DNA from: Deinococcales bacterium
GTDB lineage: Bacteria; Deinococcota; Deinococci; Deinococcales; JAAFIG01
Length of the DNA stretch: 64,000 bases
NCBI GenBank assembly: GCA_043778225.1
Contig: JAYWGM010000032.1
Location: forward strand, 42,364 to 106,363
Direction of reading: 5' to 3'
The notes under the pieces were generated by a model that did no database searches, was not told the origin of the DNA, and saw nothing but the letters and a program-made list of their open reading frames with translations. This document shows positions 9,361 to 17,982 of this stretch, in pieces. The position numbers and the translations under genes were made by a program. Every line of letters starts with the position of its first letter. The stretch's first letter is position 1.

Positions 9361-10932
9361 ATGACCCGCCGCTCGAGTTCCAAGACAGCCCCGAAGCTGG
9401 TTAATCAGGTGATCGATACTTTGATGATTCGCCTTAGCAAGAACGCCCAGCCTTCCCAGTGGCTGCGAGATGTTCAAAAACAGGTGATTGAGTACCGTGC
9501 CAAACTCGAGCAGAAACCAGACCTCGAGAAGTTGGTAATTCAACACCCGGACCTTGGCAGCTTGACGGTATATGCTCGTACCGGTGGTCATTATGACTTT
9601 GGCTTGTCGAATCCTAAAATCTGTGAAATCAAAGTCTGGAATCCTGACAAGTGGGATAAAGCTGTTGCTGGTCAGACTGGACAGTTTTACATCACCTTTC
9701 GTTCTGAGTTCTTGCAATTCAAAGGCACACAAGCCGCCATAGAGTACCTAGGGTTGCTCGAGGCGGTCATGTGCAGCCCTGAACCGCTCGAGGTGCTAGA
9801 AATGCCTAGAGGTGTCTCGCCTGACTTCTGGCGTGTCTCAAACATAGACTTAACGGTAGATACCCAAGAACCTCGAGGTATGAAGTGGTCAGACCTTGAC
9901 CTGTATACTTGCCGCTCTAAAAAACGGGATGCTTTTAAGAAACTGATGCTCGAGGGCATTTTTGATAGAATGATTCGGGACACCAAAAAAGCCCCCCCAA
10001 GGAATAACAAGGGGGGTGGAAACGGAAACGCAAAACCAAACCCACACGCCCCACACGAACAGAATCTAATACTCCATTCCGTTTCCCTAAAAAGTAAGGT
10101 TGCTGAATTAGCGGCGGTTCGGAATATAGACACGGACAATTTGACATGGGTACTCGAGCGAACCCTAAGCGGTGTTGGTTTTGACCCAGACTTGGGCGAA
10201 GTCACACGGGTTGTGAGTAATGGCTCGAGTGAACTTCAAACCGTGTATTTTGGGCGTTACCAAAGCCCATTGTTTGCAAGGCGTTACGATAAACTTAACG
10301 CTCTTGCTGTGCATGGCAAAGAATTTATGCGTGATGTCTGGCTTCAAAATGGTTGGGATGGTGAATCACCCGTTTGGCGGACTGAGTTTAGGCTGTCAGG
10401 TGACTTCCTACGTGCCATAGAAATAGATGGCGCAGTGCTTGACCTGCGAGATTTTGGGATGTGCTTACTGGCAATCCCTAGACTCTGGCAGTACCTGACC
10501 CATGAATGGCTGGTACACCATACAGGTAGCCCTTACAATGTCAGTCACGATGCAATCAGAAAACGCCCAGCCTCGGAACTTTGGACAATTATTCAAGGCG
10601 CTCATAACGCGGGTGAGGCTGGAATTGTCAGAGCGAAACAAGAACCTAAGCCGATTCTCGAGCAGTTACAAGCCCAAGTCAAAGGTGTTACTACAAGCCT
10701 GTTAGCCAAAATGGACAGCCCAAGGTTTAGGCGTTCAATCAATACTGTGACAGGTGAGGTTTTTGACCCTCTGACCGAATTTATAACCAGTATTGCCAAG
10801 TATTTTGGCTCAGATGAAGGTGCAAGCAAAATTAAAGCCCGTCAAATTTACTTGGGGCTTGACCCACTGAGCGACACTGCCTTATCTAATCTCGCTCGAG
10901 CCGAAATCATGGCGCTTGGGCGCGGGTCATGA
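9361..10932 (+). CDS. Rep_trans-family (pT181 Rep / MOBT NicK-like) rolling-circle initiator or relaxase
   Basis: Ordered motifs RVSNIDLTVD, QTVYFG (catalytic Tyr position), RRYDK, WRTEFRL. Confidence 0.8.
   Translation: MTRRSSSKTAPKLVNQVIDTLMIRLSKNAQPSQWLRDVQKQVIEYRAKLEQKPDLEKLVIQHPDLGSLTVYARTGGHYDFGLSNPKICEIKVWNPDKWDKAVAGQTGQFYITFRSEFLQFKGTQAAIEYLGLLEAVMCSPEPLEVLEMPRGVSPDFWRVSNIDLTVDTQEPRGMKWSDLDLYTCRSKKRDAFKKLMLEGIFDRMIRDTKKAPPRNNKGGGNGNAKPNPHAPHEQNLILHSVSLKSKVAELAAVRNIDTDNLTWVLERTLSGVGFDPDLGEVTRVVSNGSSELQTVYFGRYQSPLFARRYDKLNALAVHGKEFMRDVWLQNGWDGESPVWRTEFRLSGDFLRAIEIDGAVLDLRDFGMCLLAIPRLWQYLTHEWLVHHTGSPYNVSHDAIRKRPASELWTIIQGAHNAGEAGIVRAKQEPKPILEQLQAQVKGVTTSLLAKMDSPRFRRSINTVTGEVFDPLTEFITSIAKYFGSDEGASKIKARQIYLGLDPLSDTALSNLARAEIMALGRGS
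9991..10017 (+). other. Putative nick-site hairpin (dso/oriT) inside the rep gene
   Basis: GCCCCCCCAAGGAATAACAAGGGGGGT resembles the C-run/TAACA/G-run nic hairpins of MOBT elements such as ICEBs1 and Tn916. Confidence 0.6.
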
Positions 10933-10965
10933 TTTTGGCTTGAGTGACTGGCAAAGCTAAAAAGC

Positions 10966-11391
10966 CTAAGAATGCTCGAGCATTGCCAAAAACGTTGTCG
11001 GGTCAATCACAGCAGTCTGTCCAATGTTCCCCAGTGGCAACAAATGGCGCTTATCACTGCTCACAAGATAGTCAGCTTGCCCATTGATTGCCATGCTTAA
11101 CAGGTACACGTCTTTGCGGTCTGGAATGCTTGGCTCGAGTCCAGTTGTGAAAGGACTAACTTCTGTACCTAACGTTTTAATCTGGCTTATCAGCGTTTCG
11201 ACTCGAGCGCTTTTAAGTCGGGTAATCAGCTTGGGATATGTGGCTACTTCCCGAATCTCAAAGAACTGGTAATCGCTGTACAGCAATACAAACGCCCCAC
11301 CCATCCAATAATCAAGTATCAAACCCTTTTCGGCTTGTGGGGCGAGTAAAGCAGAGATAAAAACATTGGTATCCAGAATGACGCGCTTCAT
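10966..11391 (-). CDS. PIN-domain toxin (PIN_3-like)
   Basis: RVILDTNVFISALL...EIREV...DRKDVYLLSMA...ADYLVSSDKRHLL. Confidence 0.9.
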   Translation of the reverse strand: MKRVILDTNVFISALLAPQAEKGLILDYWMGGAFVLLYSDYQFFEIREVATYPKLITRLKSARVETLISQIKTLGTEVSPFTTGLEPSIPDRKDVYLLSMAINGQADYLVSSDKRHLLPLGNIGQTAVIDPTTFLAMLEHS

Positions 11392-11618
11392 GCAGTGCCA
11401 CGAATGGCGGCTAGAGCTTCTTCGGCTAAGGCATCGGCTTGCTCTGGCGTTAAATCCGCGTTTGCTTCGTCTGGCTCGAGAATAATAAGGCGGTTGCGTT
11501 CAATCGCTTCTAAAGCTGTGAATGCTCTGGTCATGGCATCTTCTCGGGTCATACCTCGAGTGCTGCGAATCGCATCTAAGCGGCTTAGGTTGTCGGGTGA
11601 GACTTCAATCAGTGGCAT
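11388..11618 (-). CDS. Putative antitoxin (RHH-like)
   Basis: 76 aa; ATGA overlap with the PIN gene; leaderless TACAAT-N6-ATG at 11618. Confidence 0.7.
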   Translation of the reverse strand: MPLIEVSPDNLSRLDAIRSTRGMTREDAMTRAFTALEAIERNRLIILEPDEANADLTPEQADALAEEALAAIRGTA

Positions 11619-11756
11619 GGATGAATTGTATAACAGCTTGCTCGAGGTGTCTGTATTCCCTCGCGGCGGTGGTTGTTCACAAGTGCGCGGTCCAGTCTGT
11701 CCGGGCGCTCGAGTCTCATGAGTCAAAACCCCTAGGCGAAGTTAAGACAATTGCGT

Positions 11757-12124
11757 TCGATGCTGAGACAAATCCAGCCGGATAACTTGCTGCTCGAGCA
11801 AGTAAACTTGCAAATATGCAGACCAAAACTTTTACTCATACCCAAAAGCGAAGCAAGCGCGTGGTTGTAATTTACGATGTTCCTATAAGTCGAACGTTAC
11901 CCGATGGCACAGAGCTTTTAAGTATGCCCATTGCAGAACAAGTTGATAGCCTACTGAATCGCGCTCTAGCTCTTGGGATGCCTAGAGTTGAATTATGGTT
12001 TATAGTAAAAACTAAATCCAGTAAAAAAATCGATGCTAAGACAAATCCAGTCGAATAACCCTAAGACGGTTACTGCTGCGTGGCTGTGGTTTGCTGCTCG
12101 AGCGAGTAAACTTATAAATATGCA
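11757..12124 (+). repeat. Two imperfect ~64-bp direct repeats, each ending in -10 (TAAACT) and ATGCA
   Basis: Copy 1 at 11757-11820. Copy 2 at 12030-12059 plus 12091-12124, split by a 31-bp insert. Confidence 0.85.
11816..12058 (+). CDS. Hypothetical protein (element)
   Basis: Leaderless TAAACT-N7-ATG; 80 aa. Confidence 0.55.
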   Translation: MQTKTFTHTQKRSKRVVVIYDVPISRTLPDGTELLSMPIAEQVDSLLNRALALGMPRVELWFIVKTKSSKKIDAKTNPVE

Positions 12125-12284
12125 AAACACAAATATCAAACAAGCATGGGCAAAACTGGCATTACTGGTTGGTGCGGTGGTCGTTGTAAAGGTTGTGGTC
12201 TCAAAAATGCCACCAATTGCCAAAGGTTTGACGGGTCAGGTTCTCGAGCGTAGCTTATCAGGCATTATGCAAAAAATTGTATAG
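12120..12284 (+). CDS. Small single-TM hypothetical protein (54 aa)
   Basis: Leaderless TAAACT-N7-ATG; hydrophobic stretch LALLVGAVVVVKVVV. Confidence 0.55.
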   Translation: MQNTNIKQAWAKLALLVGAVVVVKVVVSKMPPIAKGLTGQVLERSLSGIMQKIV

Positions 12285-12378
12285 ATTCTCGATATTTTGC
12301 CCATAAATTGTATAAATATGCAAAAAACTACATACTCGAGCCTGTTGTAAGCTGTTTCATGATTTCTCGAGTTTTTGT

Positions 12379-12657
12379 GTGCGGTGGTTGCCAGTGAAGC
12401 CAGTAATTGCCGTACTTGGCTTGGCGGTCAATCCAATTGTTGATGAGTTCATAGAGTGGGGTAAGCAACTCGAGGCAATCAGCAACAAACTAAAACAGAT
12501 GCGGCGAAAGCACCCCAAGCGCGAGGACTTAGAAATAGAGTTCTCCATTCTGCTGATGCACATAGAGATACGCTCGAGGTGCTTGCAAGAAACAATTGAC
12601 GAAGTGGAAGAAGCAGAATACGAAAAACGCAAAAAGAAGAAAAAGAAAGCCAAATAA
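12379..12657 (+). CDS. Hypothetical coiled-coil protein with a lysine-rich tail; start uncertain
   Basis: Helical charged sequence ending KRKKKKKKAK. Confidence 0.45.
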   Translation: MRWLPVKPVIAVLGLAVNPIVDEFIEWGKQLEAISNKLKQMRRKHPKREDLEIEFSILLMHIEIRSRCLQETIDEVEEAEYEKRKKKKKKAK

Positions 12658-12713
12658 AACACGGTATACACCGACTCTGGACACGTTTTTTCTGGTGTCG
12701 AACGTGCGAGACC

Positions 12714-12760
12714 GTTAAATGGATTGACCGTGATTTTTACATGGTCAATCTATTTTTAAC
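12714..12760. terminator. Long hairpin between convergent genes (terminator or origin structure)
   Basis: TGGATTGACCGTG-ATTTTTA-CATGGTCAATCTA, followed by TTTTT. Confidence 0.55.
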
Positions 12761-12907
12761 CTAAAATTCTTGGCACGGTTTACCAATTTGGCGTTTATGC
12801 CTGTTTACGCTTTGCAAACACACGAAGCATAGTAACCGTATATTCTGCGTGCTACACAATAGGTACTTAAAATCGTTTACCCGTGCAGTACCAGTAAACT
12901 CGAGCGT

Positions 12908-13390
12908 TTACGGCTTAGAATTCGATTGCTTTTGAAGCTCGAGTAAAGCCTGTTCTTTGGTTATGCCATTTCTTATAAAATCCCAAAATTGGAAACGTTG
13001 TTCTTGATTAAATGGCTGTAAATACTCAGGTACACGACTTTTTGACTTGTCCCTGTACTCATCCAAAGAAACCCCTTTATCTCTAGCTGTCAAATGGTCA
13101 GACCAAGCACTTACGAGCCTACTAAGTTCAGCCGTTTTGTTTGTGATTCGTTGGCGGTACTCCTTCCAGTTTGAAGGTGGTGGTTCGTCTATTTCAAAAA
13201 GTACGCCTACTGGCATTTGGCGGGTATCCGAAGAATTAAAAACCTTCAAACGAACATACTCAGAAATAGTTAAGCCCTGCTCTTCTGCAATAATCTCCAG
13301 ATACTCTCTAGCTTCTGGGGAAATTGTCAAACTTATTTGATTTCTTGGACTAGCTGCTCGAGGTCGTCCTATTTTTCCATTTTTGGTCAT
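12908..13390 (-). CDS. RHH/CopG-like DNA-binding protein, putative element repressor
   Basis: GRPR...QISLTISPEAREYLEIIAEEQGLTISEYVR; leaderless TATTCT-N7-ATG; divergent from the main operon. Confidence 0.7.
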   Translation of the reverse strand: MTKNGKIGRPRAASPRNQISLTISPEAREYLEIIAEEQGLTISEYVRLKVFNSSDTRQMPVGVLFEIDEPPPSNWKEYRQRITNKTAELSRLVSAWSDHLTARDKGVSLDEYRDKSKSRVPEYLQPFNQEQRFQFWDFIRNGITKEQALLELQKQSNSKP

Positions 13391-13651
13391 ACACACCAGA
13401 ATACTGTTTTGCACCTCAAAAAATACTTTAAGAGTTGCATTTTTACTTTTTGAGGTGTAATGTAATCGCATCTCAAAAAACGTAAACGAGATGCAAGTGA
13501 ATAATCGAGTAGTGAAAACACAAGTTTATTAAGTCCTAGAAACATTTTTTCCTGTATCGAACGCTCGAGTCAAGCGTGACATTTCTCAACTGATATACGA
13601 AACTGGTCTCTAGGCAAAAACGTAAACCAATTCAGATAAGGAGTAACAAAA

Positions 13652-13903
13652 ATGGCGCATACAAGAATTTGTAAAGTCCCTGACGCAGTTCACAGGCGCG
13701 TTATGGCACTTTCGGAAGAAAAAGGAATCACTTTCGCGGCTGCGCTCGAGGTTCTGCTTGAACGTGGCGAGGCAGCACTTGCAGAACTCGAGGCGCGTGG
13801 TCATCGGATGCGCCCATTACCCCCACTTACGCCTAAGAATCTCGGCTTAAATTCGTCCGTGAATGGTTTTAACCGTTCTGCATCTCGTTCAATCAATTTT
13901 TAA
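13652..13903 (+). CDS. RHH-like small regulator, first gene of the rightward operon
   Basis: KVPDAVHRRVMALSEEKGITFAAALEVLL; AAGGAG RBS. Confidence 0.6.
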   Translation: MAHTRICKVPDAVHRRVMALSEEKGITFAAALEVLLERGEAALAELEARGHRMRPLPPLTPKNLGLNSSVNGFNRSASRSINF

Positions 13904-13911
13904 GGAGTTGT

Positions 13912-14586
13912 ATGGCTAAACTTGTTTATCCTGAAAGTATCGAAGCCCGTGCGCTTGAGTACAAAAATAGTGGTTATAGCGCCCAAGAAACCCTGTACGG
14001 TTTGCAAGCTGATTATCCAAACTTGGCAAGTCAAATCAGGCTCGAGAATGATTCTGTCCTTCCGCCCCTCACCCCAAAGGGTCAGCCATTGTCAGGTGTT
14101 GGTATTGCTGCCGATGCTCTCGCCCAAGCCCTCGAGAAGGTCTACTTCAAAGGGCGCGAGGATGTGCAGCAGGACATCAAAATAGAAGAGCAAGAACAAA
14201 GAATCGAAGAACTCGAGGCGCAACAAATGACCCTCGAGGGTTTGGCTCGGGCTGCTCTGAGTGGTCAAGTTAATCACTTGCAACAACACCAAGCCTTAGA
14301 AGATGGCACAATCAAAAGGCTGTCCCCTGCTGATTCGCTCATGGCAATTATTGCCGAACTCGAGAACGCTGGACTTGACCCTCAATCTATTATTGCATCG
14401 CTTCCCAGTGGTGCAAAAGGTTTTGCCGAGAAGCGCTTAAAGGGCTTGCCCACCACACAAGCCGATGAACAAGCGCTCGAGGATGACCAAGCAGAATTCG
14501 ACGAAGAAATTGAACAAGAAGAATACGATGCTGCTGCTAAACGGTTTAACGAGTTTGCAAAACAAAAAGAGAAGGGTCTCAAGTGA
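13912..14586 (+). CDS. Hypothetical protein (element)
   Basis: AAGGAG RBS; 224 aa with coiled-coil and acidic tail. Confidence 0.65.
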   Translation: MAKLVYPESIEARALEYKNSGYSAQETLYGLQADYPNLASQIRLENDSVLPPLTPKGQPLSGVGIAADALAQALEKVYFKGREDVQQDIKIEEQEQRIEELEAQQMTLEGLARAALSGQVNHLQQHQALEDGTIKRLSPADSLMAIIAELENAGLDPQSIIASLPSGAKGFAEKRLKGLPTTQADEQALEDDQAEFDEEIEQEEYDAAAKRFNEFAKQKEKGLK

Positions 14587-14873
14587 ACACCTTGAATGTT
14601 GACCCAAAAACGGCGGCTATGGTGGTAGTCGCCGCCAAAAAAGCGGGTGCTGCTCAAGCCCTCGAGACTGGCAAACTCGAAGGTAAAAGCACAGGCTTAA
14701 CTTTTGGCTTTGCTGCTGCTGGATTGCTTGGCGTGGCAGCCGTTGCTTTTGTTGTTCTGCAAAATAAACAAAGCAACGACAAAAAAGAAGCCGACAATCA
14801 AAAGCAGTACACGGCAGCCCTCGAGAATCGGGTTATGCGAATTCCAGAGGAACAAAAACGGGCGTACCTATGA
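14583..14873 (+). CDS. Small single-TM hypothetical protein
   Basis: GTGA overlap; TM segment FGFAAAGLLGVAAVAFVVL. Confidence 0.6.
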   Translation: MNTLNVDPKTAAMVVVAAKKAGAAQALETGKLEGKSTGLTFGFAAAGLLGVAAVAFVVLQNKQSNDKKEADNQKQYTAALENRVMRIPEEQKRAYL

Positions 14874-15046
14874 CCCTAGAGTCTATCAAAGTTGGTATGA
14901 CTGTTTTTAGTGGCTTAGGCAAGGCGTACAAAGTTCTCGAGGTGGATAAAAAGCAGCGCTTCCCTGTTCTTGTGCAGAGCTTGACCAATGGCACGACAGG
15001 ACGCTTTTCACCCTCGAGTCTGCACATTCAAAAGGCGGCGTATTGA
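14870..15046 (+). CDS. 58-aa small beta protein (KOW/SH3-like); not in the ORF track
   Basis: ATGA overlap with the upstream gene; MTLESIKVGMTVFSGLGKAYKVLEVDKKQRFPVLVQ...; stop 2 nt before the next ATG. Confidence 0.55.
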   Translation: MTLESIKVGMTVFSGLGKAYKVLEVDKKQRFPVLVQSLTNGTTGRFSPSSLHIQKAAY

Positions 15047-15048
15047 CT

Positions 15049-15381
15049 ATGCCAATGCTTGAAAGCCCAAGAATTTATTACGAAGGTCGAATCTTGTTTT
15101 GGTTGGCACAATATGGTAAAGCCAACGGCAAAAAACTCGCAAAGCAAATGTCACTCGAAACCGTTACCAGTTCTACAACTTTTTCCTTACTAAAATCTTT
15201 AGTTAAAGTTGGGAAAATTGAAATTGTCAAAAAAGGTAGTGAACCACATCTAAATGTGTATGCTTTAAGCTCTAAAAAGCCAGTAAAAGATGAAGCCAGA
15301 AAATCAAATACACCTTTTAAGCAATCGGTTGCCAAACCAAAAGGCGGCGGTTTTTTTGCGCGTTTGTTTCGTGGTCGTTAA
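15049..15381 (+). CDS. Winged-helix-like DNA-binding protein
   Basis: ILFWLAQYGKANGKKLAKQM...TTFSLLKSLVKVGKIEIVKKG...VYAL. Confidence 0.6.
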   Translation: MPMLESPRIYYEGRILFWLAQYGKANGKKLAKQMSLETVTSSTTFSLLKSLVKVGKIEIVKKGSEPHLNVYALSSKKPVKDEARKSNTPFKQSVAKPKGGGFFARLFRGR

Positions 15382-15465
15382 TTCGTCCTCTCACCCGTAT
15401 TGACGGTGCAAAGAAAAGACCACGCTCTACATACCTTGCCGGGTAAGCGTGGTCAAAAGGAAACT

Positions 15466-15792
15466 ATGAATACTGTAGCCGAAAATCATCAAAATATCAA
15501 CTCTGTCTTTACACCTGAACAGCAAGAAGCCTTTGAAAATCTTGCTCGAGCCATGCGTTACTTTAATAAAAATGCGCTTCATGGTTGCCCAACAATCAAG
15601 GATTCTGATAATCTCGAGGCTTCGATATATCGCGTTATTGCGTTACTAAGCGGCGCTTCGGATAATCATCATATTAAAGCGATGGCTCTGAAAGCCTTTG
15701 CTGATGCTTTGCGTCTGGCTAACCTCGAGTCCCTGAGCGGTTCGCGCACTTCCGAAGATAGCCCACTGTTTGGAGGTGCTGCCCATGTCTAA
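15466..15792 (+). CDS. Hypothetical protein (element)
   Basis: AAGGAA RBS; coupled to the next ORF. Confidence 0.5.
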   Translation: MNTVAENHQNINSVFTPEQQEAFENLARAMRYFNKNALHGCPTIKDSDNLEASIYRVIALLSGASDNHHIKAMALKAFADALRLANLESLSGSRTSEDSPLFGGAAHV

Positions 15793-16195
15793 CTTTCTTG
15801 GTTTAGTGGTCGGTACACAACCAACAGCATCGTCTGAAAATTCATTTACTGCTTTTACCTCAGTCATTCCAGATGTTGACTCGAGTTTCTTTAGGCGTGG
15901 TGTGTTCTCTCGCCATGCGGGTTTCTTGACCATCCCACGTACTGCCGATGTAACGGCACTGACAGAACAGTTTGACTCTTGGTTGCGTGTCCATCCTGAT
16001 GTCCGAATCTGGAAAAGCATTTGTGAAATCCATTCAAAATCAGCTTTGTTTGTCCTGTATATCTCGAGTGAAACATCAAAAACACACTTAAAAGAAGCCT
16101 TAAAAAGTTTGTGCATTCACTTAAAAACACAAAAGTATTTACAGTCTGGTTGCCGTTGGATAAATGTGCTTGACCGGGGAGTTGAAATAGAATGA
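15785..16195 (+). CDS. Hypothetical protein (element)
   Basis: GGAGG RBS; overlaps its neighbours. Confidence 0.5.
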   Translation: MSNFLGLVVGTQPTASSENSFTAFTSVIPDVDSSFFRRGVFSRHAGFLTIPRTADVTALTEQFDSWLRVHPDVRIWKSICEIHSKSALFVLYISSETSKTHLKEALKSLCIHLKTQKYLQSGCRWINVLDRGVEIE

Positions 16196-16374
16196 GTAAG
16201 CCTGCCCGTATCCCTGCCATTGTCATCCGTGCCGATTGGCAAGCCGAAAATCTCGAGCAGAAAGCCCTCGAGCGTCAAGAAGCCCGTCTCGAGTTTCGCC
16301 GTGAATTGGCAACCCTCGAGCGTGAAGAACTGAGAATTGAAAAACTTGAGGACGAATCTGAGGTGTCACCATGA
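16192..16374 (+). CDS. Hypothetical coiled-coil protein (element)
   Basis: ATGA coupling at both ends. Confidence 0.55.
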   Translation: MSKPARIPAIVIRADWQAENLEQKALERQEARLEFRRELATLEREELRIEKLEDESEVSP

Positions 16375-16751
16375 CCCGTGCTGTTATGGCGTTGCTGCTG
16401 GCTGGTACGCCCCTGTGCATTGCTGCTCGAGCGGCACAGGCTTGTGATTGCGATGATTGCGGTAAGCGTTCGTCTGGCTTGGCTCGAGGCTCAATCAGTG
16501 CCTTTAATCGCTTTGGTGTGGCTGTTCTCCATTACTGCCCTACTTGCACCAAACAAGCCCCGCCTTTGCTGAGTTTGTATGGTCTGAATGCTGTTTATAT
16601 CAAGTCTGCCAAAGACCAGACTTTCAAGCCGTTGCCTGTCTCTGCCCCAGAACCAAAAGCCATTCAAAAAATCAACAGGAAAACCCAGTTTAGGCGCTTA
16701 CAAGAACTTGGTCATGGCTTCCCGTGGCAACGTCAAAGGCGTTACTCATGA
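16371..16751 (+). CDS. Hypothetical Cys-rich protein, possible zinc finger
   Basis: CDCDDC...HYCPTC; ATGA overlap with the integrase. Confidence 0.5.
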   Translation: MTRAVMALLLAGTPLCIAARAAQACDCDDCGKRSSGLARGSISAFNRFGVAVLHYCPTCTKQAPPLLSLYGLNAVYIKSAKDQTFKPLPVSAPEPKAIQKINRKTQFRRLQELGHGFPWQRQRRYS

Positions 16752-17854
16752 CCAAACGCATTCTTAAAAATCAGAACAATCCAAAATCCAAAGCCTTATC
16801 TGTTGTGGATTCGTCACCCTCGAGTATTTACGGGCGTGGTGCAGCCGATAGAGTCGCGGGTCTAACGACTTTACAGCGTGGTGTTTTGCCTACGCCTCAA
16901 ATGCTGCTTGGTGTTTGGCTCGAGCATTTTGTGACTTCCGAGACCCACACCCAGACCCGTAGCACCAAGGTCAATGCAAGGTCTTATCTAAAGCGAATCC
17001 TGCCCGAATTAGGCGGGGTTCGTTTGGGTACAATTAACCCGCTTATGTTGCGTTCGTTTATGGATTCAATCACCGATTTTTCGGGTAGTACCCAGCAGAA
17101 AATCCATGGCTTACTGAAACGTGCCTTGCAAGATGTGGTTAATCTCGAGGTGTTGGCACGTAACCCGATGAATGCGGTTAAACGTCCAAAGCTAAAACCA
17201 GTCAATGAGACTGAACCGCTCGAGCCTGAACAGGTCGAGAAACTGGTGAAGCTCTTAGTCGGTCATCGGCTCGAGTTGCTGTTTCATCTTTGCTTGGCGT
17301 GTGGCTTACGAATCGGTGAGGCGTGTGCTTTGTGTTGGGATAATCTGCGCGGGTCGGTTCTGCAAGTCAACCACACCTTAAATCGTTTGTACTCTAAGCA
17401 AAATGGCGAAAAACTCTTCCATCCTGCCAAGTCGGGTAGCGCTCGAGAATTGCGTTTAGATACTGGCACACTGGCATTGTTTGCCCAGCACAAAGCCCAA
17501 CAAGACCAAGAACAAAAACACCAAGGTTTGGGCTTTAATCCATTTGCTTTGGTCTTTGTGTCTACCACTGGCACACCTTTGGATGCCAAGAATTTTTATA
17601 ACCGTGTGTTTAGAGACCTTCTCGAGCAAGCTGGACTACGCGCCCAAGGAACTCACGCCATGCGTAAAACCTATGCCACTTTGGCGGCGGTGATGCTACC
17701 GATTCAGGATGTACAGCAAAGACTCGGACACAAAGACCCGCGTATGACTTTGCGGGTTTATGCCAAGAATCAGGCACGGCGAAATGTCAAAGCAGCTATT
17801 CCACTGTCTGAACTGATTGCAGCTTCAAAGATTGACGAGGATACGAATGTTTAG
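16748..17854 (+). CDS. int: Tyrosine recombinase/integrase
   Basis: GLRIGE, HAMRKT, LGHKD, TLRVY; points toward attR. Confidence 0.95.
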   Translation: MTKRILKNQNNPKSKALSVVDSSPSSIYGRGAADRVAGLTTLQRGVLPTPQMLLGVWLEHFVTSETHTQTRSTKVNARSYLKRILPELGGVRLGTINPLMLRSFMDSITDFSGSTQQKIHGLLKRALQDVVNLEVLARNPMNAVKRPKLKPVNETEPLEPEQVEKLVKLLVGHRLELLFHLCLACGLRIGEACALCWDNLRGSVLQVNHTLNRLYSKQNGEKLFHPAKSGSARELRLDTGTLALFAQHKAQQDQEQKHQGLGFNPFALVFVSTTGTPLDAKNFYNRVFRDLLEQAGLRAQGTHAMRKTYATLAAVMLPIQDVQQRLGHKDPRMTLRVYAKNQARRNVKAAIPLSELIAASKIDEDTNV

Positions 17855-17933
17855 TATTTTGGGGTCATGGTTGGGCGTGGGTTTTTCTCACGTCACACAA
17901 GCAATTTTCCAATACTATATAAAAGTAAAGCAT

Positions 17934-17978
17934 TTCACACGCGAGAGGTCGTAGGTTCAAATCCTATACCGCCCACCA
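17934..17978 (+). repeat. attR: displaced 3' half of tRNA-Val
   Basis: TTCACACGCGAGAGGTCGTAGGTTCAAATCCTATACCGCCCACCA, 38/45 identical to 9233-9277. Confidence 0.92.
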
Positions 17979-17982
17979 TTTC

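Larger units (their letters stand above)
9233..17978. mobile_element. ~8.7 kb integrative element in tRNA-Val (Rep_trans initiator plus tyrosine integrase); integrative plasmid, IME or satellite-like
   Basis: 45-bp tRNA 3'-half repeats at 9233-9277 and 17934-17978 with an identical 11-bp core TTCACACGCGA; integrase next to attR. Confidence 0.92.

Noticed and set aside
11816..12058. YgiT/MqsA-type zinc-finger antitoxin
   Set aside because: IYDVP..G.E is reminiscent, but the cysteines are absent, so it is left as hypothetical.
11757..12124. CRISPR array or integron attC array
   Set aside because: Only two imperfect copies, separated by an ORF; no cas or intI gene and no attC palindrome.
13470..13630. 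RDRM boxes in the element control region
   Set aside because: Only the right half (AACGTAA) matches the consensus.
17934..17978. Second tRNA gene
   Set aside because: Only the 3' half is present (no D-arm or 5' acceptor strand); it is attR.
9233..17978. Complete prophage or inovirus
   Set aside because: No recognisable terminase, capsid, tail, Zot/packaging ATPase or lysis gene.
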